From Macrostomum lignano (Eukaryota), in contig NIVC01004690.1 of NCBI GenBank assembly GCA_002269645.1, positions 1 to 37,934 on the forward strand: 37,934 nt of DNA. The letters run 5' to 3'. Below are positions 11,448-22,557 of the stretch, piece after piece. The translations under genes were made by a program, and so were the position numbers. The notes under the pieces were generated by a model. The model searched no databases and was not told where the DNA came from. It saw nothing but the letters and a program-made list of their open reading frames with translations. Position 1 is the stretch's first letter, and every line of letters starts with the position of its first letter.

Positions 11448-12146
11448 ATGCAGCCATTCGCTTCCAGAACAGTCGACGGCATTCGCTACCGTCTGGTTGC
11501 TCCGTCGGACGCCGCCGCCTTGGAGGAGTTGGCGTTGAAAGAGTTCTGCGGCCGGATGCCGCTCTACCAGCAGGTAGGCGCCACCTCCCGGTCCGATGTG
11601 GAGCTCTCCATGGATTTTCTGCCCAAGCTGGCGCTGGCTGGCGAGTCTCTGGTGGCCGAGGACGCCGGCTCCGGCCAGCTGGTCGGCGCTCGGCTCTCCG
11701 CCGTTGAACGTCGCGACTCCTGGCCGCCGTCGAAGCATCCGCTGATGGTGGACGCCGAGCTGCAGGCCCGCTATCCAAAGGAGAGCATCGTGATGCGAGC
11801 CGCTGACGCCACGCTGACCGCGGCAAACTATTTCGGCGCCTATTCCGACGTGAGCGCCGCTATGGTGTCGCGCATGCTGGCCGTGCGCGAGTCCCACGGA
11901 CGGCGCGGCATCGGGCGCCGTTTGCAGGAGTTCGCGCTCGAGCTGGCGCCAAGCATAGGCGCCCAATTGGTGGTCGGCCTGACGCAGAGCTATTATTCTC
12001 AGCGGATCTACGAGGATCTGCAGTTTGAGAGGGTCTACGCCGAGACCATCCCGGATTATGTCGATCCGGCCACTGGCGACAAACCGTTTGCCGGTCTGGC
12101 GGGCACAGTGCACCAGGAGGCTGTGGTCTTTGCCAAGCGGGTCTGA
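11448..12146 (+). CDS. GNAT N-acetyltransferase, insect arylalkylamine/dopamine N-acetyltransferase-like, intronless
   Basis: 232 aa; acetyl-CoA motif A MLAVRESHGRRGIGRRL, followed by the iaaNAT-style QSYYSQRIYEDLQFE...DYVDPATGDKPF. Confidence 0.85.
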   Translation: MQPFASRTVDGIRYRLVAPSDAAALEELALKEFCGRMPLYQQVGATSRSDVELSMDFLPKLALAGESLVAEDAGSGQLVGARLSAVERRDSWPPSKHPLMVDAELQARYPKESIVMRAADATLTAANYFGAYSDVSAAMVSRMLAVRESHGRRGIGRRLQEFALELAPSIGAQLVVGLTQSYYSQRIYEDLQFERVYAETIPDYVDPATGDKPFAGLAGTVHQEAVVFAKRV

Positions 12147-12206
12147 CTGAGGCTATTCGTCTGGGTAGAGGTTTATCGAACTAGAGTCCTAAGTGCTGAG
12201 TCCCTT

Positions 12207-12975
12207 GATTCTAGGGTCAGAGACGCAGATTCTAGGGTCTGCGACGCGGATTCTAGGGTCTGAGTCACGGGTTCTAGGGTCTGAGACACGGATTCTAGGG
12301 TCTGAGTCACGGATTCTTGGGTCTGAGACGCAGATTCCAGGGTCTGAGTCACGGATTCTAGGGTCTGAGTCACGGATTCTAGGGTCTGAGACGCAGATTC
12401 TAGGGTCTGCGACGCGGAGTCTAGGGTCTGAGTCACGGATTCTAGGGTCTGAGACGCAGATTCTAGGGTCTGCGACGCGGAGTCTAGGGTCTGAGTCACG
12501 GATTCTAGGGTCTGAGTCACGGATTCTAGGATCTGAGACGCGGATTCTAGGGTCTGAGTCGCGGATTCTAGGGTCTGAGACGCAGATTCTAGGATCTGAG
12601 ACGCAGATTCTGGGTCTGAGACACGGATTCTAGGGCCTGAGACGCGGATTCTAGGGTCTGAGTCGCGGATTCTAGGGTCTGAGACGCGGATTCTGGGTCT
12701 GAGACACGGATTCTAGGGCCTGAGACGCGGATTCTAGGATCAGATACACGGATTCTAGGGTCTGAGTCGCGGATTCTAGGGTCTGAGACGCAGATTCTAG
12801 GGTCTGAGACGCGGATTCTTGGGTCTGAGACGCAGATTCCAGGGTCTGAGACGCGGATTCTAGGGTCTGAGTCACGGATTCTAGGGTCTGAGTCACAGAT
12901 TCTAGGGTCTGAGACGCGGATTCTGGGTCTGGGACACGGATTCTAGGGTCAGATACACGGATTCAAAGGTCTGAA
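12207..12975. repeat. 21/20-bp minisatellite, left half (split by the P element)
   Basis: Unit GGATTCTAGGGTCTGAG(A/T)C(G/A)C with variants. Confidence 0.97.
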
Positions 12976-15900
12976 CAAGGAAAACTTGATAACTCAGGAC
13001 CGGAAACGAGCCAATTCATGGCGAAAAAAGTATGAGGCTCGTTTAAAAGCATTGTTCTATGGCCCGTCCGTATGCGCATGCTTTCAGTTGCCAATGTATA
13101 CTCGTATCATATTTGACTTTTTGATAGGCACTCAGAAGGCGGGTGCAGGGTCGGTTTTCTTAAATGTTGAATATTTTTATTACATTAAGTAACCGTCGTG
13201 AAAATACACAATGGGAAAGCTGTACATGCAGCACATGTATAAGGAAACTCGAGAAAAATTTACGATTCTTTCTTCATCTGAACTACAAACAGAGAAGAAA
13301 ATAACAGTCACAGAACGGGACAAGAGCTGACTATGATAAATAGTGAAGTGTTTGCTCCAGGTTCGCTCACTGTCCACTCAGCTTCAGTATTTTTCTATCG
13401 TGCACTTTATCCGGTGAAGGAGCGCTCTTTGCTCCTCGTTGAACATAACCCTTGAAGAAACAGTTGGTGAGGCGCACGCAGCATCCCAGAACATCTGCTT
13501 CAGGGAAGTAAAACTCGCCAACGGCAGCAAACAATTTGCGCACTCGCAAAGCACATGACGGTGATCGCAGCGAAATGAAGCATCCGAAATAGAGGCAAGC
13601 AAAATTGAACAGCCACTTTGGCGGGTGCTTCAACTTTCCCCGGGAAATCATTTCAGTGAATTCACCGAGTGGGGTGTTTAAATTTTCGGCAGGATCATCA
13701 CCGGCAATTTTCTCCTTTAACGTTATGTAGCCTGAAATGTTATTATTATGCCTCAGTTGTCCTTCGCCTCAGCAATCGTTATTTCCATCCAAGTTTAAGT
13801 AACACAAATGCATGCCTTACCTGCAATATAATAAACAGATGCCTTTTCGGCCATTGATAGGCTCTCAGCTTTGACGTAGCAGTCATCGAGCGTCGAAAGT
13901 TCTTCGTCTGAAAGGGGCGTGTCGCAGCAAAGTCCTTTGTTGTGCACGAATCCATCCAGCTCTAACACTGTGTAGAGTTTCATTCGTCGGAGTCGAGCGC
14001 TGAGAAGAACTTGCTCTACTGAGATAAAGTAATTGCCTCCGCTCATTTGGCGATAAACACCAAATTCTGCTTCCAGAGGATCACTTTGCAACTCCGCTAT
14101 GAGAATGTACGTTGCACCAGATTCGCAGAGCAGTCGTTCGCATAGTTCTATGATTGCATGAATAGTGTAAGCTAATGACCTCTTCGTCTCTGACGTCAGA
14201 GATTGGTGTCTTGTTCTTCCCTTTCCACTGCGCATCTCCTCAATCGATTCGCAAAGCGCGCGCAGGAACTTGATGTTTGGATCTTGAACTGAATAGACAG
14301 CCCGTCTGTCTGGGTCATTAAGTCTAACATGAAGATGCGGGTTCTTGCAGTTCACAATTTTCCAGAATTTCGAAATAACGTCAATGAATGCAGCTGTTCC
14401 ATTCTTCCCGTCGCATTTTAGGGCGGCAGCAACGTTGTCGCAGAAAACTTGAAGAGCTAAATTGACTTTAGTCTTTTGGACATTTGTTGGGAAACACGCT
14501 TCGTATGTAATGCCTGTACGCTTAACAATGTGATCTGCTTCAGATTTATACAGTTCTACAATATCTGACCACTTAGCCGTGACGACTGTTGTAGACTTGG
14601 GCAAACGAATGGTTAGCATTCCATCAGACTCAGACTGCCAATTGTTCCGAATTGACTTCAAAAGGTGTACAACATCATGGAGCAAAAAGAAAGTAGACTC
14701 CTGTGATTCAGATTTGCCGATCCAAGGTTTTGTCTGTTGAGCAGCAAACATCGAGAAGCACTTTCTGTTTGTGGGATGGTTGTCACACACAAGCGCTACA
14801 ACGAGGCCTCCATGTTGATTGACGAGTTGAATGCACTTTCGAAGCTGATGGTACAAAAAGTCGGCGGAAAGAAGAAAAATCGGTATCAGCCTTAGAACAA
14901 ATGGCTTACCGCCGAACAATGGCTTCAACATTATTGCGAGCACTGTTCGAGCAGTTTTGTTATGATTGTCTGACGCTTGGCCGAGCAGATGTTGGCACCG
15001 ATAGCGAATCGATGGCTGGACATACATTTCATCGAAAATCAACACACAAGACTTCTGCTGCGGTTTCAGTTTGGCAAATGTGACCTTTACGATCTCGTGT
15101 GCATCATTTTCAGTGCCAATCTCTCCTAGACCAGCCAACTGAGTGCGTAATGTGCGTTGGTGGGGCAAAGGAAGGAGCGTCTGTGCATGCGCGTATGCAG
15201 AACTGCTAATCAGGTAAAGCAAAGCAGATTGGCGCATAGTGGCAATGTCGTATCGTCGATTGTTTGGGTGCGTTGTGGCGAACTCGAGTAGCTTCAGGAT
15301 GAATGTAACCGATGTGTCCGGTACAACTCCATCGTGGTTAAAGGCAATAGAAAGGTTCTTAGATAATGCCCTCACCTCAGTTTCGACGTCCACTGTAGAG
15401 TTTTTACAACGATTTATGATAGCTTCAAGTTGCGACCAATACTTTAATGTTGGTTGAAATCCAAGCAGATCTCGAACCGCAACTGGTGAGTGTAACCGAA
15501 AGCATCGCACGGAATAGTTTGGTGAAACGAAAACTCGCAGAACCATTTCGGCATTGGCGCTTAACGAGAAGATAAACACCTCCTCTTGAACAATGGTAAC
15601 AATAAGCTGATGTGCTTTGATGACGTCTGAACAGTGGATGGATGCTCGGAATTCAGTCCACGATGGCAGCGTGTCACGCTCTCGAAATTCTACTAGTTCA
15701 TCTTGGAAAAGGCATCGTTCGGACAGCAGCACGCCCCTTCCCTCAGCCTGTCGACTGGCACGCACTGCAATATCCAAGCACGCATCTTAGTGTTTCGTTT
15801 CGACCCTATTTGATGGAGTGCAAATACGCTCGAATATTTGAATTAAAGCAGTAGAACTTCACAAACCTTGTGTTTGAACGAGGCAGGACTGCGGGACTCC

Positions 15901-16791
15901 GTCGAAAACTGATGGTGGATGTAGCGGCCTTTCCTTTCTTCCCTTTTTTATCATTGGTGCATCTTGAGGCCAGTGCTTAGCACACACGCCCATGTAGTCT
16001 GTCACGGTCTAAACAACAACAAAATTGTCAATGAATTCATGTAGCCAGGCTAAATCTGATTCACAAAGCACATTTGAAGAAAGTCTTACCGTCAGTTGAT
16101 TAGGCAGTGACAGCCGCCAAGCCTCTCGTTCAGTTGCATCCTTAGGAAACGAAAATACTGCAACATTCCGATCACGGTTACTATTATAGTTTGCACAACA
16201 GAAAATGACGCTGCATTTTCTCGGCATGATATTTATTTTCAGCGAGAATAAAAGTTCTCTCTCTCAATTGCAAGTGCATGCGAAGAACTCAATTTTAAGC
16301 TCAGATTTCTTCGCTTTCGCAGCTTTGGATGGGCCATAGAACAATGGGAGATTATACATACGGTACTATCGTTAAACAATAAGCAAAGATCACTCGTGGC
16401 TACGCTTAGTACCGTAGTATAGACTTATTGGCACTATCGTTTAGCATACTCGACTAGAAGCATTGTTTAACGCTGAAGCGTTGTTTAACGATGTCTCAGA
16501 GAATCAGAAACGTCCTAGACTGCGCAGGTTTTGGCCATAGACATCGACAACGACAACGACATCGACACTCTATTCCTAATGTTTTTCATGCATTGAACGT
16601 TTAGTACGAGCGTACAATACATATAAAATAAATTGTCTATGGCAAAATTTTCAATCATCGTTAAACAATCAATCTTTGACTGAAGCGTTGTTAGTATGGT
16701 AAACCATAGTAACAATGCTTTTAAACGAGCCTCATACTTTTTTCGCCATGAATTGGCTCGTTTCCGGTCCTGAGTTATCAAGTTGTCCTTG
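12976..16791 (-). mobile_element. Full-length P-superfamily DNA transposon, 3816 bp
   Basis: 81-bp TIRs at 12976-13056 and 16711-16791 (one mismatch, at position 6) with termini CAAGG...CCTTG. 8-bp TSD GGTCTGAA at 12968-12975 and 16792-16799. Contains a THAP + P-transposase gene. Confidence 0.95.
13367..16227 (-). CDS. P-element transposase (THAP9-like), 862 aa; exons 16227-16090, 16008-15867, 15764-13821, 13731-13367
   Basis: The THAP C2CH motif is split over exons 1 and 2 (MPRKCSVIFC...W...|TVTDYMGVCAKHWP). Catalytic-type motifs: IFDEMY, VCDNHPTN, HDVVHLLKSIRNNW, QSDPLEAEFGVYRQMSGG. Three GT-AG introns (81, 102, 89 bp) have matching phases 0, 1, 1. An AATAAA lies at 13181-13176 on the minus strand. 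Confidence 0.92.
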
Positions 16792-17546
16792 GGTCTGAAT
16801 CACGGATTCAAAGGTCTGAGACATAGATTCTAGGGTCTGAACGCGGATTCTAGGGTCTGAGACGCGGATTCTGGGTCTGAGACACGGATTCTAGGGTCTG
16901 AGACGCGGATTCTAGGGTCTGAGACGCGGATTCTGGGTCTGAGACACGGATTCTGGGTCTGAGACACGGATTCTAGGGTCTGAGACGCGGATTCTAGGGT
17001 CTGAAACGCGGATTCTAGGGTCTGAGACACGGATTCTGGGTCTGAGTCACGGATTCTAGGGTCTGAGACGCAGATTCTAGGGTCTGAGACACGGATTCTG
17101 GGTCTGAGTCACGGATTCTAGGGTCTGAGACGCGGATTCTAGGGTCTGAGACGCGGATTCTGGGTCTGAGTCACGGATTCTAGGGTCTGAGACGCGGATT
17201 CTAGGGTCTGAGACGCAGATTCTAGGGTCTGAGACACGGATTCTAGGGTCTGAGACGCAGATTCTAGGGTCTGAGACACGGATTCTAGGGTCTGAGACGC
17301 GGATTCTAGGGTCTGAGACACGGATTCTAGGGTCTGAGACGCAGATTCTAGGGTCTGAGACGCGGATTCTGGGTCTGAGACACGGATTCTAGGGTCTGAG
17401 ACGCGGATTCTAGGGTCTGAGACACGGATTCTAGGGTCTGAGACGCGGATTCTAGGGTCTGAGACACGGATTCTAGGGTCTGAGACGCGGATTCTAGGGT
17501 CAGATACACGGATTCAAAGGTCTGAATCACGGATTCTAGGGTCTGA
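16792..17546. repeat. 21/20-bp minisatellite, right half
   Basis: Same unit and orientation as 12207-12975. Confidence 0.97.
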
Positions 17547-17774
17547 GGGAAGGATTAACAAAAGTAATCAAAATATTTTAGATTCATACCAAATATCGAC
17601 GAATTAAGCCGCAATATCACTGTGAGTAGCTATTTATGGTTTTATTTACTTTTTGTTGATCCTTAATTTGTCATCCAATTCATTTAACTGAAACAATACA
17701 CTCGCATGTTATTGCACTAAATAAAAGAGATTGGTGCATAATTGCTTCCTGTAAATGCTAAGAAACATTCCGTT

Positions 17775-18120
17775 TTCTTCTTCCTCGTATTTTCCTCCCT
17801 ACATCTCTTTCTTCTACATTTCCCTCTATCTCGATCTTCTCTCTCTTTCTCTTTCTCTCTTCTCTCCCTTAATCCCATTCTTCCTACCTACAATTTCCCT
17901 TCCTCCTTACTCTCTCCTTCTTTCCTCTCTTACTCCCTACATCTCTCCCCTCTCTACATCTCTCCCCTCCCTACGTCTCTTCCCTCACTAGATATCTTAC
18001 TCCCTAAATCTCCCCTCCTTATACCTTCTCTCACACTTCTCCCTCCCTACGTCTCTTCCTCCTTTAAATCTCTTAATTCTCTACATCTTAATCCATAAAT
18101 CCATCATCAATTCCTCCTAC
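17775..18120. repeat. Pyrimidine-rich low-complexity tract
   Basis: CT-rich, with recurring CCCTACATCTC-like motifs. Confidence 0.8.
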
Positions 18121-18792
18121 CAATGCCTCAGTACATGCATATCTCGCCCTTCACCCGGAATACATTGCATGCCATACCGGTAACAGCAGGGTTTTCTGTG
18201 GAGCAAACAAAACAGCCTGTCTATTAATAGAGCACTTTGTGAAAGTTAACTTCTTAACACGCCTGCAGCATTGTTGGGTCATGCAATTTTTCTGGCATTC
18301 TGCAATCCCAGGCAATGTCTGCTCTGAAAGGCTGGCACTAAAAAGGGAACAATAAAAGGGAGAGAAAGAAATCAAGAGATGGAGACGGCAGGAAACTGGG
18401 AAGAGGGGGAAAGAGATGTACATGAAATCTGTGTCGGTAGTGGCTGGCATCAGGAGATTAGAAGGACATTTGCGAGAGTAGCCCTCGTTCCAGACAACTT
18501 TTTGATGCTGGCTCCTTTCCGATCCAGGTGTTCTGCACCCTCTTGAAGTCCTTGAATTGAAGGACGGACAATGGCAGCACAAAACTGATTATAATTTGAT
18601 CTTTTAAGGTGAAAAATTGCTTTTTGAAGTGGGCCCGTGCGAATGTACTAGAATTGCATTAGCGAGATGGAGAATCTGCATTTTAAGCATTTAATGACCG
18701 CCCACGTTCTTACCGTTTGCTTAAATTTAAATGCTACCCGAGACCCCGACACTTCCTATCGGTAACAAACTGCACGATCAGTTTGGATTAAC

Positions 18793-19080
18793 ACACAGAC
18801 ACACACAGTCACACTAAAAAGTCACACAGTCACACACACAGTCACACAGTCACACACAGTCACACAGACACACAGACACACGCAGTCACACAGACACACA
18901 CAGTCACACAGACACACACAGTCACACAGACACACACAGTCACACAGACACACACAGACACATACAGACACACAGACACACACAGACACATACAGACACA
19001 CAGACACACACAGACACATACAGACACACAGACACATGCACACACAGTCACATGAACACACAGTCAAATGCACACACAGT
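18793..19080. repeat. CA-rich compound microsatellite
   Basis: ACACACAGAC and CAGTCACACA units. Confidence 0.9.
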
Positions 19081-19741
19081 CTGCACGCGAAGGCGTATTC
19101 AGCATGCCAGTGAAGTATGAGACAGACCAGGCCCATGGGCTAAGGTCTGCGATGCTTCACGCCTGCCCCTTTTTTCAGCAGGTCAAGGCTGGTGGGACGT
19201 CTGCACCCTCTATTTGCCTTTGGCAGCCGCAGACTCCCCCCCCCCACGCTGTCTCGCAAGTCGACCCAGGGTACTCGTCCCCGCGTGTGTTCAAGGCAGA
19301 CCCTAGGGCTGCTGGACAGACTGGGCTCCGGCGCTGGTGACCCATCCAGTGGCTTTTGCCGAACTTGGGTATGCGGGTCTGGCTCGCCAGTCCGCAGGCC
19401 GTGGTACTGCTCAACGTACCCTCTAATGCCTAAGGTGTTCGACCGTGCCGATGGGCTGGAAGGCCGGGGAGTAATCCGGTCGCAAGCGGTCCCCCTCCTG
19501 GTGTCGGGCCAGCCTTGAGGGTTCTTTTGGCCTACTGCCCGGTCAGGTGGAGCGGCCGGGTGGGTACCGCGCCCCTTCGAGGGTAGCCCACCAACCTTTA
19601 TCATGGCCTTCGAGCCGACTATGGATAACCAAACCCTTCGTCCATAGCGACGCGTCGGCCGTTCAGGGATTAGCGGAATGGGCGTTCGCGCCTTCCCGCT
19701 GTGTCCCCCCGGGACAGCCCTGCAGCCAAGTCATAAGTCAA
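19081..19741 (-). other. GC-rich, hairpin-rich segment between CA satellites; possible 5' UTR fragment of a non-LTR retroelement
   Basis: Several CGAA-loop hairpins whose G.U pairs work only on the minus strand; no recognisable protein. Confidence 0.35.
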
Positions 19742-20280
19742 GCACACACAGTCAAGTGCACACACAGTCACATGCACACACAGTCACATGCACACACAGT
19801 CACATGCACACACAGTCACATGCACACACAGTCACATGCACACACAGTCACATGCACACACAGTCACATGCACACACAGTCACATGCACACACAGTCACA
19901 TGCACACACAGTCACATGCACACACAGTCACATGCACACACAGTCACATGCACACACAGTCACATGCACACACAGTCACATGCACACACAGTCACATGCA
20001 CACACAGTCACATGCACACACAGTCACATGCACACACAGCACATGCACACACAGTCACATGCACACACAGTCACACACATGCACACACACACAGCACACA
20101 CAGCACATGCACACACACACATGCACACACAGTCACATGCACACAGACACACAGAAAACAGGCACAGACATAAATACACACACAGACACACGGGCACATA
20201 CAGACACACAGACATACACAGACACACACAGACACAAATACGCAGACACACACACAGACACAAATAGCAGACATACACAC
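19742..20280. repeat. 16-bp CA-rich satellite decaying into a compound (CA)n tract
   Basis: Unit CACATGCACACACAGT, nearly perfect over about 19748-20040. Confidence 0.95.
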
Positions 20281-20652
20281 CTTCAAAAAACTGTCCATGG
20301 AACGCCAGTGTCATTGCCTGATACAACATCTTAGTGGATCCGTGGTGTATTTTAAGCCAGTAAATGCATATTCTTGTGCACGATCGATCGATTTGAGACA
20401 GACATCAGCAATTGGGGACGGGTGTTAAAGAAAGTGCACATTTGCTTTTAAGGCTGTTCTGCCTGTTCCACAGCTGCCAGGCAAGACGAAATGCTTCACG
20501 GATTCAGAGAAACTCTTTGAGAACTTTTTTAAGCTCATCATGCAGGGAGAAACTCCACGTGGCTTCCTGTTGGGTTCCAGTACCGGACATACTCAGTGAG
20601 AGGTTTTTTCCCAGTCCCGGACAAGTTTGGGGAGTTGTGGTCCCAGTCTTGG

Positions 20653-21025
20653 GCTGACTGGGGAGAGTCGGGGTCCTAATCTCGGACAGACTGGGGAGAG
20701 TCGGGGTCCCAATCTCGGACAGACTGGGGAAATTTGGGGTCTCAATCTCGGACAGACTGGGGAGAGTCGAGTCCTAATCTCGGACAGAATGGGGAGAGTC
20801 GGGGTCCTAATCTCGGACAGACTGGGGAGAGTCGGGGTCCCAATCTCGGACAGACTGGGGAAATTTGGGGTCTCAATCTCGGACAGACTGGGGAGAGTCG
20901 GGGTCCCAATCTCGGACAGACTGGGGAAATTTGGGGTCTCAATCTCGGACAGACTGGGGAGAGTCGGGGTCCCAATCTCGGACAGACTGGGGAAATTTGG
21001 GGTCTCAATCTCGGACAGACCGGGA
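20653..21025. repeat. 33-bp minisatellite with two alternating variants, about 11 copies
   Basis: AATCTCGGACAGACTGGGG followed by AGAGTCGGGGTCC(C/T) or AAATTTGGGGTCTC. Confidence 0.95.
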
Positions 21026-21519
21026 GAGTTAAGGTTCGAGTCCCTAACATGGAGTGACTGTTACTCTTAAAAAAGAGGCCCTTGAAAAATTCACTTCAAC
21101 TTGAGGTCATTAATCGCGAGCATTTCGAGAGCAGTTAAAATTTTAGTTTAAAAAATGAACAGCTGGGCAACAATGAGCAACAATGAAGCTGGCAGTTCCG
21201 CTTTCATGACAAACTGTGCGCACTTTTTCAACGGTTGAAAGAAGTGCCTTCGGCTGGGACGGGAAACAATGGAAATTTTTTACTGTCTCTGTCCGCGCTT
21301 GAGCAGCGGCCTGAATTCAATTAACCTGCCCTCTCCAGGTACAGGTGAAAGCCCCGCTTTTCTCTGGCCTGTCTCTCCCCTTTTTCCTTTTTTTGCATTA
21401 CGAATCCGTCAGAGCTGCGGCTGCGGCTCTCTTAAACTGAAACCCTGGGCTGCTTCTTTCTAGGGTGTTCTTCAATAATGCCCGCGCTTACCTTCAGTTG
21501 CTTGGTGGACCACTGCCAC

Positions 21520-22016
21520 CTCCTCAGATCCTCAGTTGGTGAGTCATCCTCCCAGATCCTCAGTTGCTGGTCACCGCCAGCCTCCCAGATCCTCAGTTGT
21601 TGGGCCACCAGCCTCCCAGATCCTTAGTTGCTGAGCCAGCCTCCCAGATCCTCGTTGCTAGGCCAGCCTCCCAGATCCTCCGTTGCTGGGCCACGAGCCT
21701 CCCAGATCCTCCGTTGCTGGGCCACGAGGCTCCCAGATCCTCCGTTGCTGGGCCACGAGCCTCCCAGATCCTCCGTTGCTGGGCCACGAGGCTCCCAGAT
21801 CCTCCGTTGCTGGGCCACGAGCCTCCCAGATCCTCAGTTACTGGGCCACGAGCCTCCCAGATCCTCAGTTACTGGGCCACCAGTCACCCAGATCCTCAGT
21901 TACTGGGCCACCAGCCTCCCAGATCCTCAGTTGCTGGTCACCGCCATCTTCCCAGAGTGTCAGTTGCTGGGCCAGCCCCCAGATCCTCAGTTTCTGGTCC
22001 CCACCAGCCTCCCAGA
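21520..22016. repeat. 31-bp minisatellite, degenerate at both ends
   Basis: Unit GCTGGGCCACGAGCCTCCCAGATCCTC(C/A)GTT. Confidence 0.95.
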
Positions 22017-22557
22017 TTGAAAATTGACTTTCTTGACAGGTTGAACTCAGGTGAGTCAAGTAAGCTCAGCCACTGCAGGTAAAAGAGAGTCAACACTGTC
22101 CTGAGGCGGACTTTCAATTGATTTATTGCTCCAAAAGTGGATCGTGTGCTCAAATCCGCCAGCTGCAGGCAGCTCAAAGCCCGGGAAGATCGATGAGGCC
22201 CAGAATCCTCTCAGATTCAGGAGGTCAGAAAGTTTTGCCCAGGGAGAAGCCGCATCCTCACTTCTTCACCTCCCCAAGTGCAGGAAACTTGCGAGTGCCA
22301 CTGAAAGCGTGGGCAGAAATTTACACGGGGAAGCAGTCTGGGGATTGGGGAGACAATTGCACAGTGTGGGGAATCCAACCCAGCTGATTGGTCCTGCCGT
22401 TCTGTTCCCCACTTGCTTCCAGCTGGGGTGCAGCGCGGGGGCTTAAAAAAGACAAGACCATAACGGTTGCCCGCGGCGCTCTTCACCACCTGCCACTCAC
22501 GCAAGAGGCACAGCCAGGTAAGGCAAACTCAGTGGTCGAAAAACAACAACAATCGAC

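Noticed and set aside
12193-12896. ORFs with TQTLESA / ILGSE repeats (also 16830-17530)
   Set aside because: Translations of the 21-bp minisatellite.
12986-13192. Twin ORFs starting MITQDRKRANSWRKK (also 16515-16781)
   Set aside because: They are the two TIRs read inward, not genes.
18151-18600. 143-aa minus ORF and short plus-strand exon-like pieces
   Set aside because: No recognisable motif or consistent splice path.
20605-21270. Weak inverted similarity TTCCCAGTCCC / GGGACGGGAA bracketing the 33-bp array
   Set aside because: Too short and imperfect to call TIRs; no TSD.
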